From the NCBI GenBank assembly GCA_017547445.1, contig JAFYPR010000119.1, forward strand, positions 1 to 41,948: a stretch of 41,948 nt of DNA, read 5' to 3'. The notes under the pieces were generated by a model. It was given only the letters and a program-made list of their open reading frames with translations. It searched no databases and was not told where the DNA came from. This DNA comes from Clostridia bacterium. Its GTDB lineage: Bacteria; Bacillota; Clostridia; UMGS1883. This document shows positions 7,548-17,663 of the stretch, piece after piece; within the stretch, counting starts at the first letter, position 1; the number at the start of each line of letters is the position of its first letter. A program made the translations under genes and the position numbers.

Positions 7548-9890
7548 TTCAATACATTTTACCAGAAAGTCGCACAATTCCTCAGCCGTTTCCATATTCA
7601 CCCCTTCGCTGACAACATTGAACACCTCCTTTTCCATATCGGGTATAACAATAACCCATCCCTTGTCAAAGGTTATCTTAACCCCCTCCTCCGCTTCACT
7701 GCCTGAGGGCAACTGATGTATTTTGTCCATAATTTCGTATCTTCTGCCCTCAGGTATATCCACAACAACTTTTTTCCTTGCACGGGAGGGTATTTCTTCA
7801 AGCAAGGCGGCAAGACTTACCTTCTCCCCCGTCAGATAATTCATCAGAAGAATAACCGCCCCTACCGCATCAAAGCGGAATATAAATTCCTCCGACAGAT
7901 ACCTCTCTCCCCCTGCCATATGCTTCATGATTTCAGGGGGAGCAGTTTTTGTGCGTATGATTTCGCACCCGTATTTTTCGCCTAAGTCATTTATACAGCC
8001 TCCTGCAGTTACGGGTACATATATTCTGGCATTTTTGTACTTTTTCATAATAATCAGCGCAGTCAATGCCTCATAGGTATCCTCATCAATAATTTTTCCT
8101 CCATAGACCACCTTCAGCTTTTCGCAGCCTGTATCCATAATAAAGCCTATATCAAATCCGCCCTTTTGCATGGATAAAACAAACCCCGCTTCTTCCCCTT
8201 CCCGTCCCGTGTCACTCTGATATATGCTCACAGGGCAGTTAAAGTCAGCCATAGCAGATGAAATAAGCCTTTTGCCCCATGTGACAGGGCAGTTTAACAA
8301 AACCTTCATGGGCAGGCGGTTGTCCTTTTTATAATCCACAATGCTTTTTAAATAATACAGCTTATATTCAAAAACATATTCACATTCCTTGATGCTTTTC
8401 GACTCAGGGTATACAATATCCCCTTTTTCAAAAAGCTCCATCAGCTTATGCTTCATTTTTTCGTCTATGTCAAGTCCGCCGTTTCCTATTATGGTTATCT
8501 CAGCCACATCCTCGCCCGAGGCAGAATTCACGCTTATGCAAACTGCCCCCTTTAAAGAGTAGAAGGCAGTACCCCGTCTTGTTATTGGCAAGGGTTGTTC
8601 GCCGAAATCCTTCACACTGCACCCCGAGCCCATAAGTCCCGATACTATTGCATCTCTCAGCATTGCCCCCGAGGTGGAATCGTCTGTCGAAACCCCCACC
8701 TCACCAAAATTGAATACAGCACCTGCCGCCGCACCCAACAGGGTGCAGAAAACAGGGGTAATATCTTCATTGACAACGCCTTTTATTTTTCCGCACTCAA
8801 AAAGGGATGTGCGCTTTTTTTGTCCCCACATTATATTTTCGGATACAATTGCACCTTTTTCTATGGTCTTTTCGGGCCAGATCTTTACAAAGGACTTAAT
8901 AAGCACCTCCGGGCCAACCCTTGCAGAGTAACCTATAACCGCCTGCTCGTAAACAGTTACACTTCTTCCCAGCCTTACGCCCTCATCCAAAACACATCCC
9001 CTGAGGGTGCAGTCCGCCCCTATATGACAAAAAGGCGCTATTATACTTCTTTTTATGTTTGCCCCCTCACTAACAGAGCACATTGCCCCTATGAGTGTGT
9101 ATGCGCCCACCTTTGCCCCCTTGTGAATGTGTGAATTTTTACCTATATAGCAGGGTGCTTCCAGTATTGCACCCTTTTCCACCACTGCCCCTTCTTCAAC
9201 AATAATCCCCTTTTCGGAAAAGGCTTTAAGAGATTCCAGATATCCAAAGCAGCCTCTCATATATGATGCCGTATCAGTAAGGCTTTCACATACTCCGTCC
9301 CATGCCTTTACATAAACACTCTTGCCCGAACGCACAATATTCCCCAAGGTGCTCTGCCCGACATCGCCGTCCTCCTCTGTTATAAAGCTTACCGCCTTGG
9401 GATTCATAATAAATATCCCCTGCCCGTTATCGCCGGATATATTTTGCCACATGCGCTTTTCCTCAACCCTGGTGACTCTCCCCTCCGGATCACTTACAAG
9501 GTACTCGTTAACACCTTCCTTTGTCAGGGCGGTTACAAAAGCGCCTGTTTTTTTGTGGTAGCTTACAAGGCTTCTTATATCGCAGTCGGTATAAATATTT
9601 TTTGATATATAGACAAAATCCTCCCTTTCCTCTTTTGCAATTTCATTCAACGCCTCACGGGGCGAGGCTTTGATATACGAAACATTTTCCATATCGGAAA
9701 GAGCGCATTTTATCCCTTCGCTCATATACCCTGTTATTATGGTTATATTATCAACATCACATCTCTTAAGTAATTTTATCAGCCGTAAAGCGACAACCTC
9801 TCCCCCTATATAAAGCATTGCCCCGCTTTTAACACAGCTGAGGGGCCTGAGCTTTACACCCTCGTCAGATAAGTTTATAACAGCACGCAT
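7545..9890 (-). CDS. three-domain fusion: sugar-1-P nucleotidyltransferase-like, left-handed beta-helix and phosphohexomutase-like, with divergent catalytic motifs
   Basis: N-terminal MRAVINLSDEGVKLRPLS (NTP-transferase signature region), hexapeptide repeats (~res 240-350), and a C-terminal ~400 aa with PGM/PMM domain order. Start at ATG 9890, with GGGAGGA upstream. Confidence 0.7.
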   Translation of the reverse strand: MRAVINLSDEGVKLRPLSCVKSGAMLYIGGEVVALRLIKLLKRCDVDNITIITGYMSEGIKCALSDMENVSYIKASPREALNEIAKEEREDFVYISKNIYTDCDIRSLVSYHKKTGAFVTALTKEGVNEYLVSDPEGRVTRVEEKRMWQNISGDNGQGIFIMNPKAVSFITEEDGDVGQSTLGNIVRSGKSVYVKAWDGVCESLTDTASYMRGCFGYLESLKAFSEKGIIVEEGAVVEKGAILEAPCYIGKNSHIHKGAKVGAYTLIGAMCSVSEGANIKRSIIAPFCHIGADCTLRGCVLDEGVRLGRSVTVYEQAVIGYSARVGPEVLIKSFVKIWPEKTIEKGAIVSENIMWGQKKRTSLFECGKIKGVVNEDITPVFCTLLGAAAGAVFNFGEVGVSTDDSTSGAMLRDAIVSGLMGSGCSVKDFGEQPLPITRRGTAFYSLKGAVCISVNSASGEDVAEITIIGNGGLDIDEKMKHKLMELFEKGDIVYPESKSIKECEYVFEYKLYYLKSIVDYKKDNRLPMKVLLNCPVTWGKRLISSAMADFNCPVSIYQSDTGREGEEAGFVLSMQKGGFDIGFIMDTGCEKLKVVYGGKIIDEDTYEALTALIIMKKYKNARIYVPVTAGGCINDLGEKYGCEIIRTKTAPPEIMKHMAGGERYLSEEFIFRFDAVGAVILLMNYLTGEKVSLAALLEEIPSRARKKVVVDIPEGRRYEIMDKIHQLPSGSEAEEGVKITFDKGWVIVIPDMEKEVFNVVSEGVNMETAEELCDFLVKCIE

Positions 9891-9917
9891 ATTTCTTCGT
9901 CCTCCCAAAAAATATTT

Positions 9918-10562
9918 TTACTTTTCCCTTGCCTCGCCCTTTTTCTGAAAAAGCACTACCTGAGAGTTTATTGCACTCATATACATAATCTCTTTCACAT
10001 CGGCAACACTTTGTTTTTTCATTTCCTTTTCAATATCAAGCATTCCCAGATGGGCTTTTTCCATCTCTTTTTTCCTTATCCTGCCGTCAGCTATCACAAT
10101 ATACGGTATCGTTCCCTCCTCTTCTTTAGCTATCACCGACACCTGTCCGTTTGTCTCCACAACTATTTCCGAAACATCGTCAAGGCTTGTGTATCCGTTT
10201 ATCCGTATCTGCTCTTCAATATCGTCCACATTGACACGCAGCTTCCCCATTTCCTTTTCCATAAGCTTACCACCCTTTACCACATGACAGCTTCTTCCCA
10301 CTAAAATGCGCCGTATTCTGTGGCTTTTAAGTATCAGAAATGCCGAAAGCAGCTCTAATATAACAAGAGTAAAAATAGGCATGATTCCATCTTGGAGCGG
10401 TGTATCCTTTGATTGCATCGGAACTGTTGACAAATCCGATATCATAATTGATACCACTAATTCCGTCGGGTGCAGTTCACCTATGGTACGTTTGCCCATG
10501 AGCCTTACGGCAATCATTACCGCAACATACATTATTACCGTCCTTATGAAAGAAATCCACAT
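9918..10562 (-). CDS. DUF421 (YetF/YdfS-like) membrane protein
   Basis: The N-terminus ...AVRLMGKRTIGELHPTELVVSIMISD... is typical of DUF421. There are 2-3 TM segments plus a soluble C-terminal domain. Confidence 0.75.
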   Translation of the reverse strand: MWISFIRTVIMYVAVMIAVRLMGKRTIGELHPTELVVSIMISDLSTVPMQSKDTPLQDGIMPIFTLVILELLSAFLILKSHRIRRILVGRSCHVVKGGKLMEKEMGKLRVNVDDIEEQIRINGYTSLDDVSEIVVETNGQVSVIAKEEEGTIPYIVIADGRIRKKEMEKAHLGMLDIEKEMKKQSVADVKEIMYMSAINSQVVLFQKKGEAREK

Positions 10563-10636
10563 TTTACCGCCCCTTTCCTTATACAGTAAGTCTTTCCCGC
10601 AGCTTAAAATTTTATCCCGGCAAGCCGTGCTTTATG

Positions 10637-10666
10637 TTGACATTTTGCACTAAAATGGGTTATAAT
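10637..10666 (+). promoter_or_regulatory. sigma-70-type promoter for murA
   Basis: TTGACA (10637-10642), 18 nt, TATAAT (10661-10666). Confidence 0.6.
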
Positions 10667-10732
10667 ATACTGTGTATATGTGTGTATGTATTGTATATAC
10701 CCGACTTTTTATGAAAGTGGTGCATTATATAA

Positions 10733-11998
10733 ATGGAAACTTTACGTGTAATCGGTGGCAAACCCCTTCACGGTGAAATACAGACAAACGGTGCGAAGAA
10801 TGCAGCGGTTGCAATTATCCCTGCAGCTCTTCTTGTAAACGGCATCTGCCGCATTGAAAACGTGCCTGACATCCGCGATGTAGGCGTTATTTTAGAAATG
10901 CTCACATACCTTGGCGCAAAGGTTACCAAGGTTGATAATAATACAATTGAAATTGATTCTTCCTGCGTGTCTACCTACAAGGCACCCTATGACCTTGCAA
11001 GCAGAATGCGCGCTTCCTATTACCTTTTAGGTGCTCTTTTAGGCAGATTCGGCCAGGCAGAGGTTGCCCTTCCCGGCGGTTGTAACTTTGGCGAAAGACC
11101 TATTGATTTGCATGTAAAGGGCTTTAAGGCTCTGGGTGCTACCGTTGATATTATCCGCGGTCAGGTTGAGGCAAGAGCCGGGCATCTTAAGGGTGCAACT
11201 GTGTATCTTGATAAGGTAAGTGTAGGCGCAACCATGAACATTATCTTAGCCGCAACGCTTGCCGAAGGCAGAACAGTTATTGAAAATGCCGCAAAAGAGC
11301 CTCACATCGTTGACCTTGCAAACTTTTTAAATGCCATGGGCGCAAGAATCCGCGGTGCAGGCACGGATGTTATCCGTATCGACGGCGTAAAGAGCTTAGG
11401 CGGCGGCTCTTATGCAATCATTCCCGACCAGATTGAAGCCGGTACCTTTATGATTATGGCGGCAGCCGCAGGCGGCGACGTTTTAGTTAAGAATATTATC
11501 CCCAAGCATATGGCGTCCCTTGTTTCCAAGCTGGAGGAAATGGGCGTTGAAATAGAAGAATATGATGATGCAATCAGGGTGGTGCGCACCTCCCCCTTAA
11601 AGCCCTGCGATGTAAGAACTATGCCCTACCCGGGCTTCCCCACAGACCTTCAGCCTCAGATTGTAGCTCTCCTCACCTTAGCAGAGGGTACAAGCATGGT
11701 AACTGAGGATGTATGGGATAACCGCTTCCAGTACGTGGGCGAATTGAAGAGACTCGGCGCCGACATTTCCGTTCAGGGCAAAACTGCCATCATTGAAGGC
11801 GGCAACACTCTCCACGGCGCACCCGTAAGGGCAACAGACCTTCGTGCAGGTGCCGCACTTGTAATCGCCGCATTGGCAAGCGATGGTGTCACGGTAATCA
11901 ATGACCCCATCTATATTGACCGCGGTTATGAAAATATTGAATTACGTCTTTCAAAGATAGGCGCTACGATAGAAAGAGTGTATATTTCCAATGGTTGA
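10733..11998 (+). CDS. murA: UDP-N-acetylglucosamine 1-carboxyvinyltransferase
   Basis: N-terminal LRVIGGKPLHGEIQTNGAKNAAV, catalytic Cys context LPGGCNFGERPIDLH, 421 aa. Confidence 0.95.
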   Translation: METLRVIGGKPLHGEIQTNGAKNAAVAIIPAALLVNGICRIENVPDIRDVGVILEMLTYLGAKVTKVDNNTIEIDSSCVSTYKAPYDLASRMRASYYLLGALLGRFGQAEVALPGGCNFGERPIDLHVKGFKALGATVDIIRGQVEARAGHLKGATVYLDKVSVGATMNIILAATLAEGRTVIENAAKEPHIVDLANFLNAMGARIRGAGTDVIRIDGVKSLGGGSYAIIPDQIEAGTFMIMAAAAGGDVLVKNIIPKHMASLVSKLEEMGVEIEEYDDAIRVVRTSPLKPCDVRTMPYPGFPTDLQPQIVALLTLAEGTSMVTEDVWDNRFQYVGELKRLGADISVQGKTAIIEGGNTLHGAPVRATDLRAGAALVIAALASDGVTVINDPIYIDRGYENIELRLSKIGATIERVYISNG

Positions 11999-12785
11999 GC
12001 TTTGCAGTCTTTTTTCAGGTTCCAGCGGTAACGCCTCCTTTGTTAAGGCAGGCAATACAAACATTCTGGTTGATTGCGGCGAAAGCGGTGCTCACATGGA
12101 GGAGGCGCTTAAAAAAATCGGTGTCGCTCCCGATGCTTTGGACTGCATCTTTATAACCCACGAGCATACAGACCACATCAAGGGTGCAGGGATACTTTCA
12201 AGAAGATATAATCTTCCCATATACGCCACAGTGGGCACCTGGCAGAGTATGATTTCAAAAATAGGCAAGGTAGCCTCGGATAATATCCGATACATAAAGG
12301 GCGGTGTTCCCTTCGGTGCCTTTGATGCAATCGTAACCCCCTTCGAAACCCCTCATGACAGCTGCGAAAGTGTAGGCTTCACTATTGAGCATAACGGAAG
12401 GAAGGCATCTGTTGCAACAGATATCGGGGTTATGAACAAAACAGTTTATGAAAATATAAAACATAGCGACATCGTACTGTTAGAGTCAAACCACGATGTG
12501 GATATGCTTCTTAAGGGTCCATATTCGCCCGAATTAAAAAGAAGGGTCCGTTCAAGCCTGGGTCATCTTTCAAATGATGACTGTGCATTAACCTGTGCCC
12601 ATCTTCTCGAGCAGGGTGTAAAGCACATCCTTTTAGGTCACTTAAGCCTTGATAACAATACCCCCTCGGTTGCATACAACGCAACTGAAGAAGCTCTCGT
12701 CATGAAGGGCGCAAGGATAGGACACGACATAACCTTAGAGGTTGCTTCCCGCTATACTCCCTCCGCAAAATACACTGTCAGGTAG
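11991..12785 (+). CDS. MBL-fold metallo-hydrolase (YycJ/WalJ-like)
   Basis: HEHTDH (HxHxDH) motif, 264 aa. It lies directly upstream of rlmH, as in Bacillus, and overlaps murA by 8 nt. Confidence 0.8.
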   Translation: MVELCSLFSGSSGNASFVKAGNTNILVDCGESGAHMEEALKKIGVAPDALDCIFITHEHTDHIKGAGILSRRYNLPIYATVGTWQSMISKIGKVASDNIRYIKGGVPFGAFDAIVTPFETPHDSCESVGFTIEHNGRKASVATDIGVMNKTVYENIKHSDIVLLESNHDVDMLLKGPYSPELKRRVRSSLGHLSNDDCALTCAHLLEQGVKHILLGHLSLDNNTPSVAYNATEEALVMKGARIGHDITLEVASRYTPSAKYTVR

Positions 12786-12793
12786 GTGGAATT

Positions 12794-13273
12794 ATGCCCT
12801 CCGTTACAGTAATTTCAGTAGGTAAAATTAAAGAGAAATTTATTAAAGACGCTCTCGGTGAATACGAAAAGCGTCTTTCACGTTTTGCAAAAATTAAAAG
12901 TGTCGAAATACCGGACCGCCCCATCCCCGACAATGCCTCCCCCTCCGAGGAGCTGGCAGTGCTCGTAAAGGAAGGGCAGGATATTTTATCAAAGGTAAAT
13001 AAAGGCGACTTCGTAATTGCCATGTGCATCGAAGGCAAAAAGCTCTCAAGCGTTGACTTTGCAAAAAAGATAGAGGGTGCATATATGTCCGCCTCATCAA
13101 TAACCTTTATAATAGGCGGCTCCTTAGGTTTAAGCGAAGAGGTCAAAGCACGGGCGGACTTTAAAATGAGTATGTCCGATATGACCTTCCCCCATAACTT
13201 AGCACGGCTTATGCTTACAGAGCAAATCTACCGTGCATTTAAAATCAATGCAAACGAAAGCTATCATAAGTAA
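12794..13273 (+). CDS. rlmH: 23S rRNA (pseudouridine1915-N3)-methyltransferase
   Basis: 159-aa SPOUT protein with the C-terminus ...MTFPHNLARLMLTEQIYRAF. Confidence 0.9.
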   Translation: MPSVTVISVGKIKEKFIKDALGEYEKRLSRFAKIKSVEIPDRPIPDNASPSEELAVLVKEGQDILSKVNKGDFVIAMCIEGKKLSSVDFAKKIEGAYMSASSITFIIGGSLGLSEEVKARADFKMSMSDMTFPHNLARLMLTEQIYRAFKINANESYHK

Positions 13274-13301
13274 AAATGCTATCCGAAAGGATAGCATTTT
13301 T
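13273..13301. terminator. bidirectional terminator between rlmH and dnaE
   Basis: AAAATGCTATCC-GAAA-GGATAGCATTTT: a perfect 12-bp stem with a GAAA loop. Confidence 0.85.
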
Positions 13302-13309
13302 ACTTATGA

Positions 13310-16300
13310 TTATTTAATTTCACATCTTACTTCGCCGAAATAGTTATCAAGTGCTTCCTTTACTTTCTGAGCATTTGTTTTCACACTGCTGTGACATTCA
13401 ATCTCTCTTTCACCAATACAAAGCGTCACACGGTCATATCCCTTAACCTTTTTTATAATGCTTCCTATTTCGTCAAGCTTTTTTACTTCCTCTTCCTTAA
13501 GCTTTATAAGAAGTGTTCCCCCTTCATGCGCTGCCTCGGGCTTTTCAAGGATTGTTACCGTATCCATAATAAGCTTTGCGGTAACCTTTGCCTCGCCCTC
13601 GGGGTCAACCTCGTCATCCTTTGCATCAATTCGGGCAGTCATCCTTACAAATGCGCCCTCCTCAATAATGGAATCGTGCTTTGATAAGGTTTTCGGGAAA
13701 ACAATAACCTCAACAGAGCCTGTAAAGTCTTCTATCACAATAAAGCTCATCATTGTATTGCTCTTTGTCCTCTTGTCACGTCTTGCAGTTACCAGACCTG
13801 CAACAGTAACATAATCCCCGTCAGACAAATCACCCTCCTTACCTCCTGCAGACAAAACATCTGCAATACGGGTAAAACGGCTGTCTGCTACGATTTCACG
13901 GTAATCGTCCAGCGGATGACCGGAAAAATACATTCCGCCCCATTCCTTCTCCATTTCAAGAATCATACTCTTGGGAAGAGCGGGCGCATTGGGGAATTCG
14001 TCCTCCTCTAAGGTTGTATCGGGCATAATATCACCAAAAAGGCTTATCTGCCCTTCAATAACACTCTTTTTGTCCTTCACGGCACTATCTATTATCTCTT
14101 CAAAGCCTGCCAGAAGCTTGCTTCTGCTCTCTACAACAGAGTCAAATGCCCCTACTCTTATTATGCCTTCAACTGCACGCTTGTTCATATCCTTGTCGCA
14201 CATTCTCTTTGCAAAATCCGTAAAGGTCTTAAATTCGCCGTTTGCGTTTCTTTCGGCAACCACTCTGTCCATAAAGGCTATGCCCACATTTTTGACACTG
14301 CCCAGACCAAAGCGGATATCCTCACCCTCCACGCTGAAGGAGGAAAGGCTCTTATTTATATCGGGTGCAAGCATCTTTATGCCCATGCTCTTGCAGGCTT
14401 CCACATAAACTGCCACCTTGTTGCCTTCATCCATAAAGCCTGTAATAAGTGCCGCCATAAAATGAACGGGGTAAAAATGCTTAAGGTATGCCGTCTGGTA
14501 TGCCACAACCGCATAGCACGCCGCATGGGAACGGTTAAAGGCATACTTTGCAAAGGCATCCATATCGTCAAATATACTTGATGCCGTTTTTTCATCAATA
14601 CCTCGTCTTAAGCATCCGGGTATAATTACGTTACCGTCAGAGTCTACCTCGCCGTAGATAAAGTTGTGACGTGCCTTTTCCATTTCCTGTGCCTTTTTCT
14701 TACTCATGGCACGTCTTACCATATCCGCACCGCCTAAGGAAAAGCCTGCCAGCTCCCTTACTATTTCCATAACCTGTTCCTGATACACAATACATCCGTA
14801 GGTGTCCTTCAGTATCCTCTCCAATGACGGATGCTTATACGTAATCATCTCGGGGTTATGCTTGTTTCTTATATACTGTGGTATAAAGTCCATGGGCCCC
14901 GGGCGGTAAAGTGAAATACCCGCAATAATATCTTCCAGATTGGAGGGGTTCAGCTTTTTCATGAATTCTGTCATACCGCCCGATTCAAGCTGGAATACGC
15001 CTGCTGTATCCCCCTGTGATATCATGCGGTAAACACCGCTCTCCTCGTAGGAGATGCTTCCAAGGTCAATGTCAATCCCCTGATTTTTAGCAAATTCAAC
15101 GCAATTGCGGATAATAGTCAGGTTTTTAAGTCCCAGAAAGTCCATCTTAAGAAGACCTAACTCCTCAACAGTATCCTTTGTAAACTGCGTTACAACCACA
15201 TCATCATTTTTTGACAAGGGTATATTTTCATCAAGCCTTTCACCGCATATAACAACACCTGCCGCATGGGTGCCTGAGCTTTTAGGCAGGTTTTCAATAC
15301 TTCTTGCGGTGTCAACCAACCTCTGTACCCTTTCATCGCTGTTATAAAGCTCCTTCAGCTTAGGTGTTTCAAGAGCCTTTTCCAATGTTATGCCCAATTC
15401 CTGAGGCACAGCCTTTGCCACAATATCACACTCAGCATAGGGCATATTCATAACTCTGCCCGCATCTCTTATTGCCGCTCTTGCCTTCATTGTGCCGAAG
15501 GTTATAATCTGGCATACGTTGTCGGTGCCGTACTTTTCCACAACGTAATCAATAACCTCGCCGCGCCTTTCCTTGCAGAAGTCAATATCAATATCAGGCA
15601 TTGAAACACGCTCCGGGTTAAGGAATCTTTCAAACAAAAGCTTGTACTTAATGGGGTCAATATCCGTAATTTCAAGCACATAGCTTACAATACTTCCTGC
15701 CGCACTTCCTCGTCCGGGGCCTACATATATGCCGTTGCGCTTTGCGTAACCGATAAAGTCCGAAACGATAAGGAAGTAATCCGTAAAGCCCATGTTGTTT
15801 ATAACATCAAGCTCGTAATAAAGCCTTTCTTCAATCTCCCTTGTAACACCGTCTCCGTAACGCTTACCAAGCCCCTCACGGCAAAGCTTTTCCAGATATT
15901 CCACACGGGTGTATCCTTCGGGAATGGGAAACTGAGGCAAAAGCTTTTTATGAAATTCAAACTCAAAATTGCACATATCTGCAATTTTTTGTGTATTATC
16001 AACAGCCTCGGGCGCAAATGCAAAAAGCTCCCGCATTTCCTCCTCGCTTTTTACGTAAAACTCGTCCGTGTCAAAGCGCATTCTGTTTTCGTCGGAAAGG
16101 TTTTTGCCCGTCTGTATGCACAAAAGCACATCCTGATAAGCCGCGTCCTCTCTTTTTATATAGTGAACGTCGTTTGTGGCAACCAATGGCGTGTCCGTTT
16201 CCTTTGCCAGTCTTAAAAGGTCGGGCATAATCCTTTTCTGCTCTGCTATATTATGGTCCTGGATTTCAACATAAAAATCCTCAAATATGCTCTTATATCG

Positions 16301-16774
16301 TAAAAGTGCTTCCTTTGCCCTGTCGTAATTACCCTCGTTAAGATTATGAGACACTTCGCCTGCCAGACACGCAGAAAGTGCAACAAGACCCTCCGAGTAT
16401 TTCTTCAGTTCATCAATATCTGTTCTCGGGCGGTAATAAAAACCGTCAACTGCCGCCTTGGAAACTATCTTACACAAATTGCGGTAGCCTTTTTCGTTCT
16501 TTGCAAGAAGCACAAGATGAAAATTATCCGCATCGCTTTTTGTTTCTTTATCAAAAAGGCTTCTGGGCGCCACATACACCTCGCAACCGATAATCGGCTT
16601 GACTCCCTCCTTTTTGCAAGCCTTGTAAAAGTCTACCACGCCGTACATAACACCGTGGTCAGTCAGCGCCATTGCGCTCTGCCCCAATTCCTTTGCTCTT
16701 TTCGGTAAATCGGCAACTCTTGCCGCACCGTCAAGCAGGCTGTATTCACTATGTACATGTAAATGAGTAAACAT
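13310..16774 (-). CDS. dnaE: DNA polymerase III alpha subunit (DnaE type)
   Basis: PHP N-terminus MFTHLHVHSEYSLLDGA, 1154 aa. The start overlaps the whiA stop (TAATG). Confidence 0.95.
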   Translation of the reverse strand: MFTHLHVHSEYSLLDGAARVADLPKRAKELGQSAMALTDHGVMYGVVDFYKACKKEGVKPIIGCEVYVAPRSLFDKETKSDADNFHLVLLAKNEKGYRNLCKIVSKAAVDGFYYRPRTDIDELKKYSEGLVALSACLAGEVSHNLNEGNYDRAKEALLRYKSIFEDFYVEIQDHNIAEQKRIMPDLLRLAKETDTPLVATNDVHYIKREDAAYQDVLLCIQTGKNLSDENRMRFDTDEFYVKSEEEMRELFAFAPEAVDNTQKIADMCNFEFEFHKKLLPQFPIPEGYTRVEYLEKLCREGLGKRYGDGVTREIEERLYYELDVINNMGFTDYFLIVSDFIGYAKRNGIYVGPGRGSAAGSIVSYVLEITDIDPIKYKLLFERFLNPERVSMPDIDIDFCKERRGEVIDYVVEKYGTDNVCQIITFGTMKARAAIRDAGRVMNMPYAECDIVAKAVPQELGITLEKALETPKLKELYNSDERVQRLVDTARSIENLPKSSGTHAAGVVICGERLDENIPLSKNDDVVVTQFTKDTVEELGLLKMDFLGLKNLTIIRNCVEFAKNQGIDIDLGSISYEESGVYRMISQGDTAGVFQLESGGMTEFMKKLNPSNLEDIIAGISLYRPGPMDFIPQYIRNKHNPEMITYKHPSLERILKDTYGCIVYQEQVMEIVRELAGFSLGGADMVRRAMSKKKAQEMEKARHNFIYGEVDSDGNVIIPGCLRRGIDEKTASSIFDDMDAFAKYAFNRSHAACYAVVAYQTAYLKHFYPVHFMAALITGFMDEGNKVAVYVEACKSMGIKMLAPDINKSLSSFSVEGEDIRFGLGSVKNVGIAFMDRVVAERNANGEFKTFTDFAKRMCDKDMNKRAVEGIIRVGAFDSVVESRSKLLAGFEEIIDSAVKDKKSVIEGQISLFGDIMPDTTLEEDEFPNAPALPKSMILEMEKEWGGMYFSGHPLDDYREIVADSRFTRIADVLSAGGKEGDLSDGDYVTVAGLVTARRDKRTKSNTMMSFIVIEDFTGSVEVIVFPKTLSKHDSIIEEGAFVRMTARIDAKDDEVDPEGEAKVTAKLIMDTVTILEKPEAAHEGGTLLIKLKEEEVKKLDEIGSIIKKVKGYDRVTLCIGEREIECHSSVKTNAQKVKEALDNYFGEVRCEIK

Positions 16775-17661
16775 TACTTATCACTTAATCCTTTCGCTAT
16801 CTGTATCAGCTTGTTAAGACGGTTGTTAAGGGTACTCTTTGCAAGGGGCGGGTCGCACATTTCACAAAGCTCCTTCAAGGATGCCCCCTCGTTTTCAAGT
16901 CTGAGCTTTGCCGCCTGATAAAGCTTAGGCTTTAAAGAATCAAGACCCACCTTCTTTTCGATAAGTCTTATTGCGTCCGCCTCGCGTTTGGAATTTTCGT
17001 TTATGCGGTCAATATTTGCCATATCAAAATTTATCTGCCTGTTTGCCTCGTTGCGCTTTTCCTTTGCAATTTTTACGTCAAGCAGCTTAAAAACCGCCCC
17101 CGATGCTTCGGTAACCTTAAGTATATCCGATGCATTTTCACTGTTGTTACCGTAGATTACAAAAAGGTTTTTCCTTTTCACCTTCCTTGCTTCAACACCC
17201 AAAGCTTCAAGAATACCCAATACCTTGTCAATCATTTCTTCGTTTTCCGAAAAAATCTCAACACGGTATGTCTTCTCGGGATTTGCCGCACTTCCCGAAG
17301 CAAGAAATGCACCTCTTACAAAGGCTCGCATACAGCAATAATCCTCTTCTCTGTCATCAAGTGCTTTTATATTGCCGTCTTCCTCTGCAAGTCCTATTTC
17401 CCCTATAATATTATCAGGCAAAAAGAACTTATAACTGCCTGCATTTTCGTCAAGCCTTTCGGCAAAGTCAATATTGCATACTTTTCTTAAAAAACTCGAA
17501 AGCCTCTTTGCAAGGGGAAAACTGTCTGTACCGTAAAGAATTCCTCCCTCGTAGCCAATAGCTCCGAAGGCTAAAACACCTCTTATTTCAGCTTGCATAC
17601 AACAGCTTTTCTTTATTCTCAACTCAAAAAGTTCTTCTTTTATCTCATTAAGAAAGCTCAT
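16774..17661 (-). CDS. whiA: DNA-binding protein WhiA
   Basis: 295 aa with the WhiA N-terminus (SFLNEIKEEL..) and a C-terminal HTH region. It is adjacent to rapZ. Confidence 0.88.
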   Translation of the reverse strand: MSFLNEIKEELFELRIKKSCCMQAEIRGVLAFGAIGYEGGILYGTDSFPLAKRLSSFLRKVCNIDFAERLDENAGSYKFFLPDNIIGEIGLAEEDGNIKALDDREEDYCCMRAFVRGAFLASGSAANPEKTYRVEIFSENEEMIDKVLGILEALGVEARKVKRKNLFVIYGNNSENASDILKVTEASGAVFKLLDVKIAKEKRNEANRQINFDMANIDRINENSKREADAIRLIEKKVGLDSLKPKLYQAAKLRLENEGASLKELCEMCDPPLAKSTLNNRLNKLIQIAKGLSDK

Positions 17662-17663
17662 AA

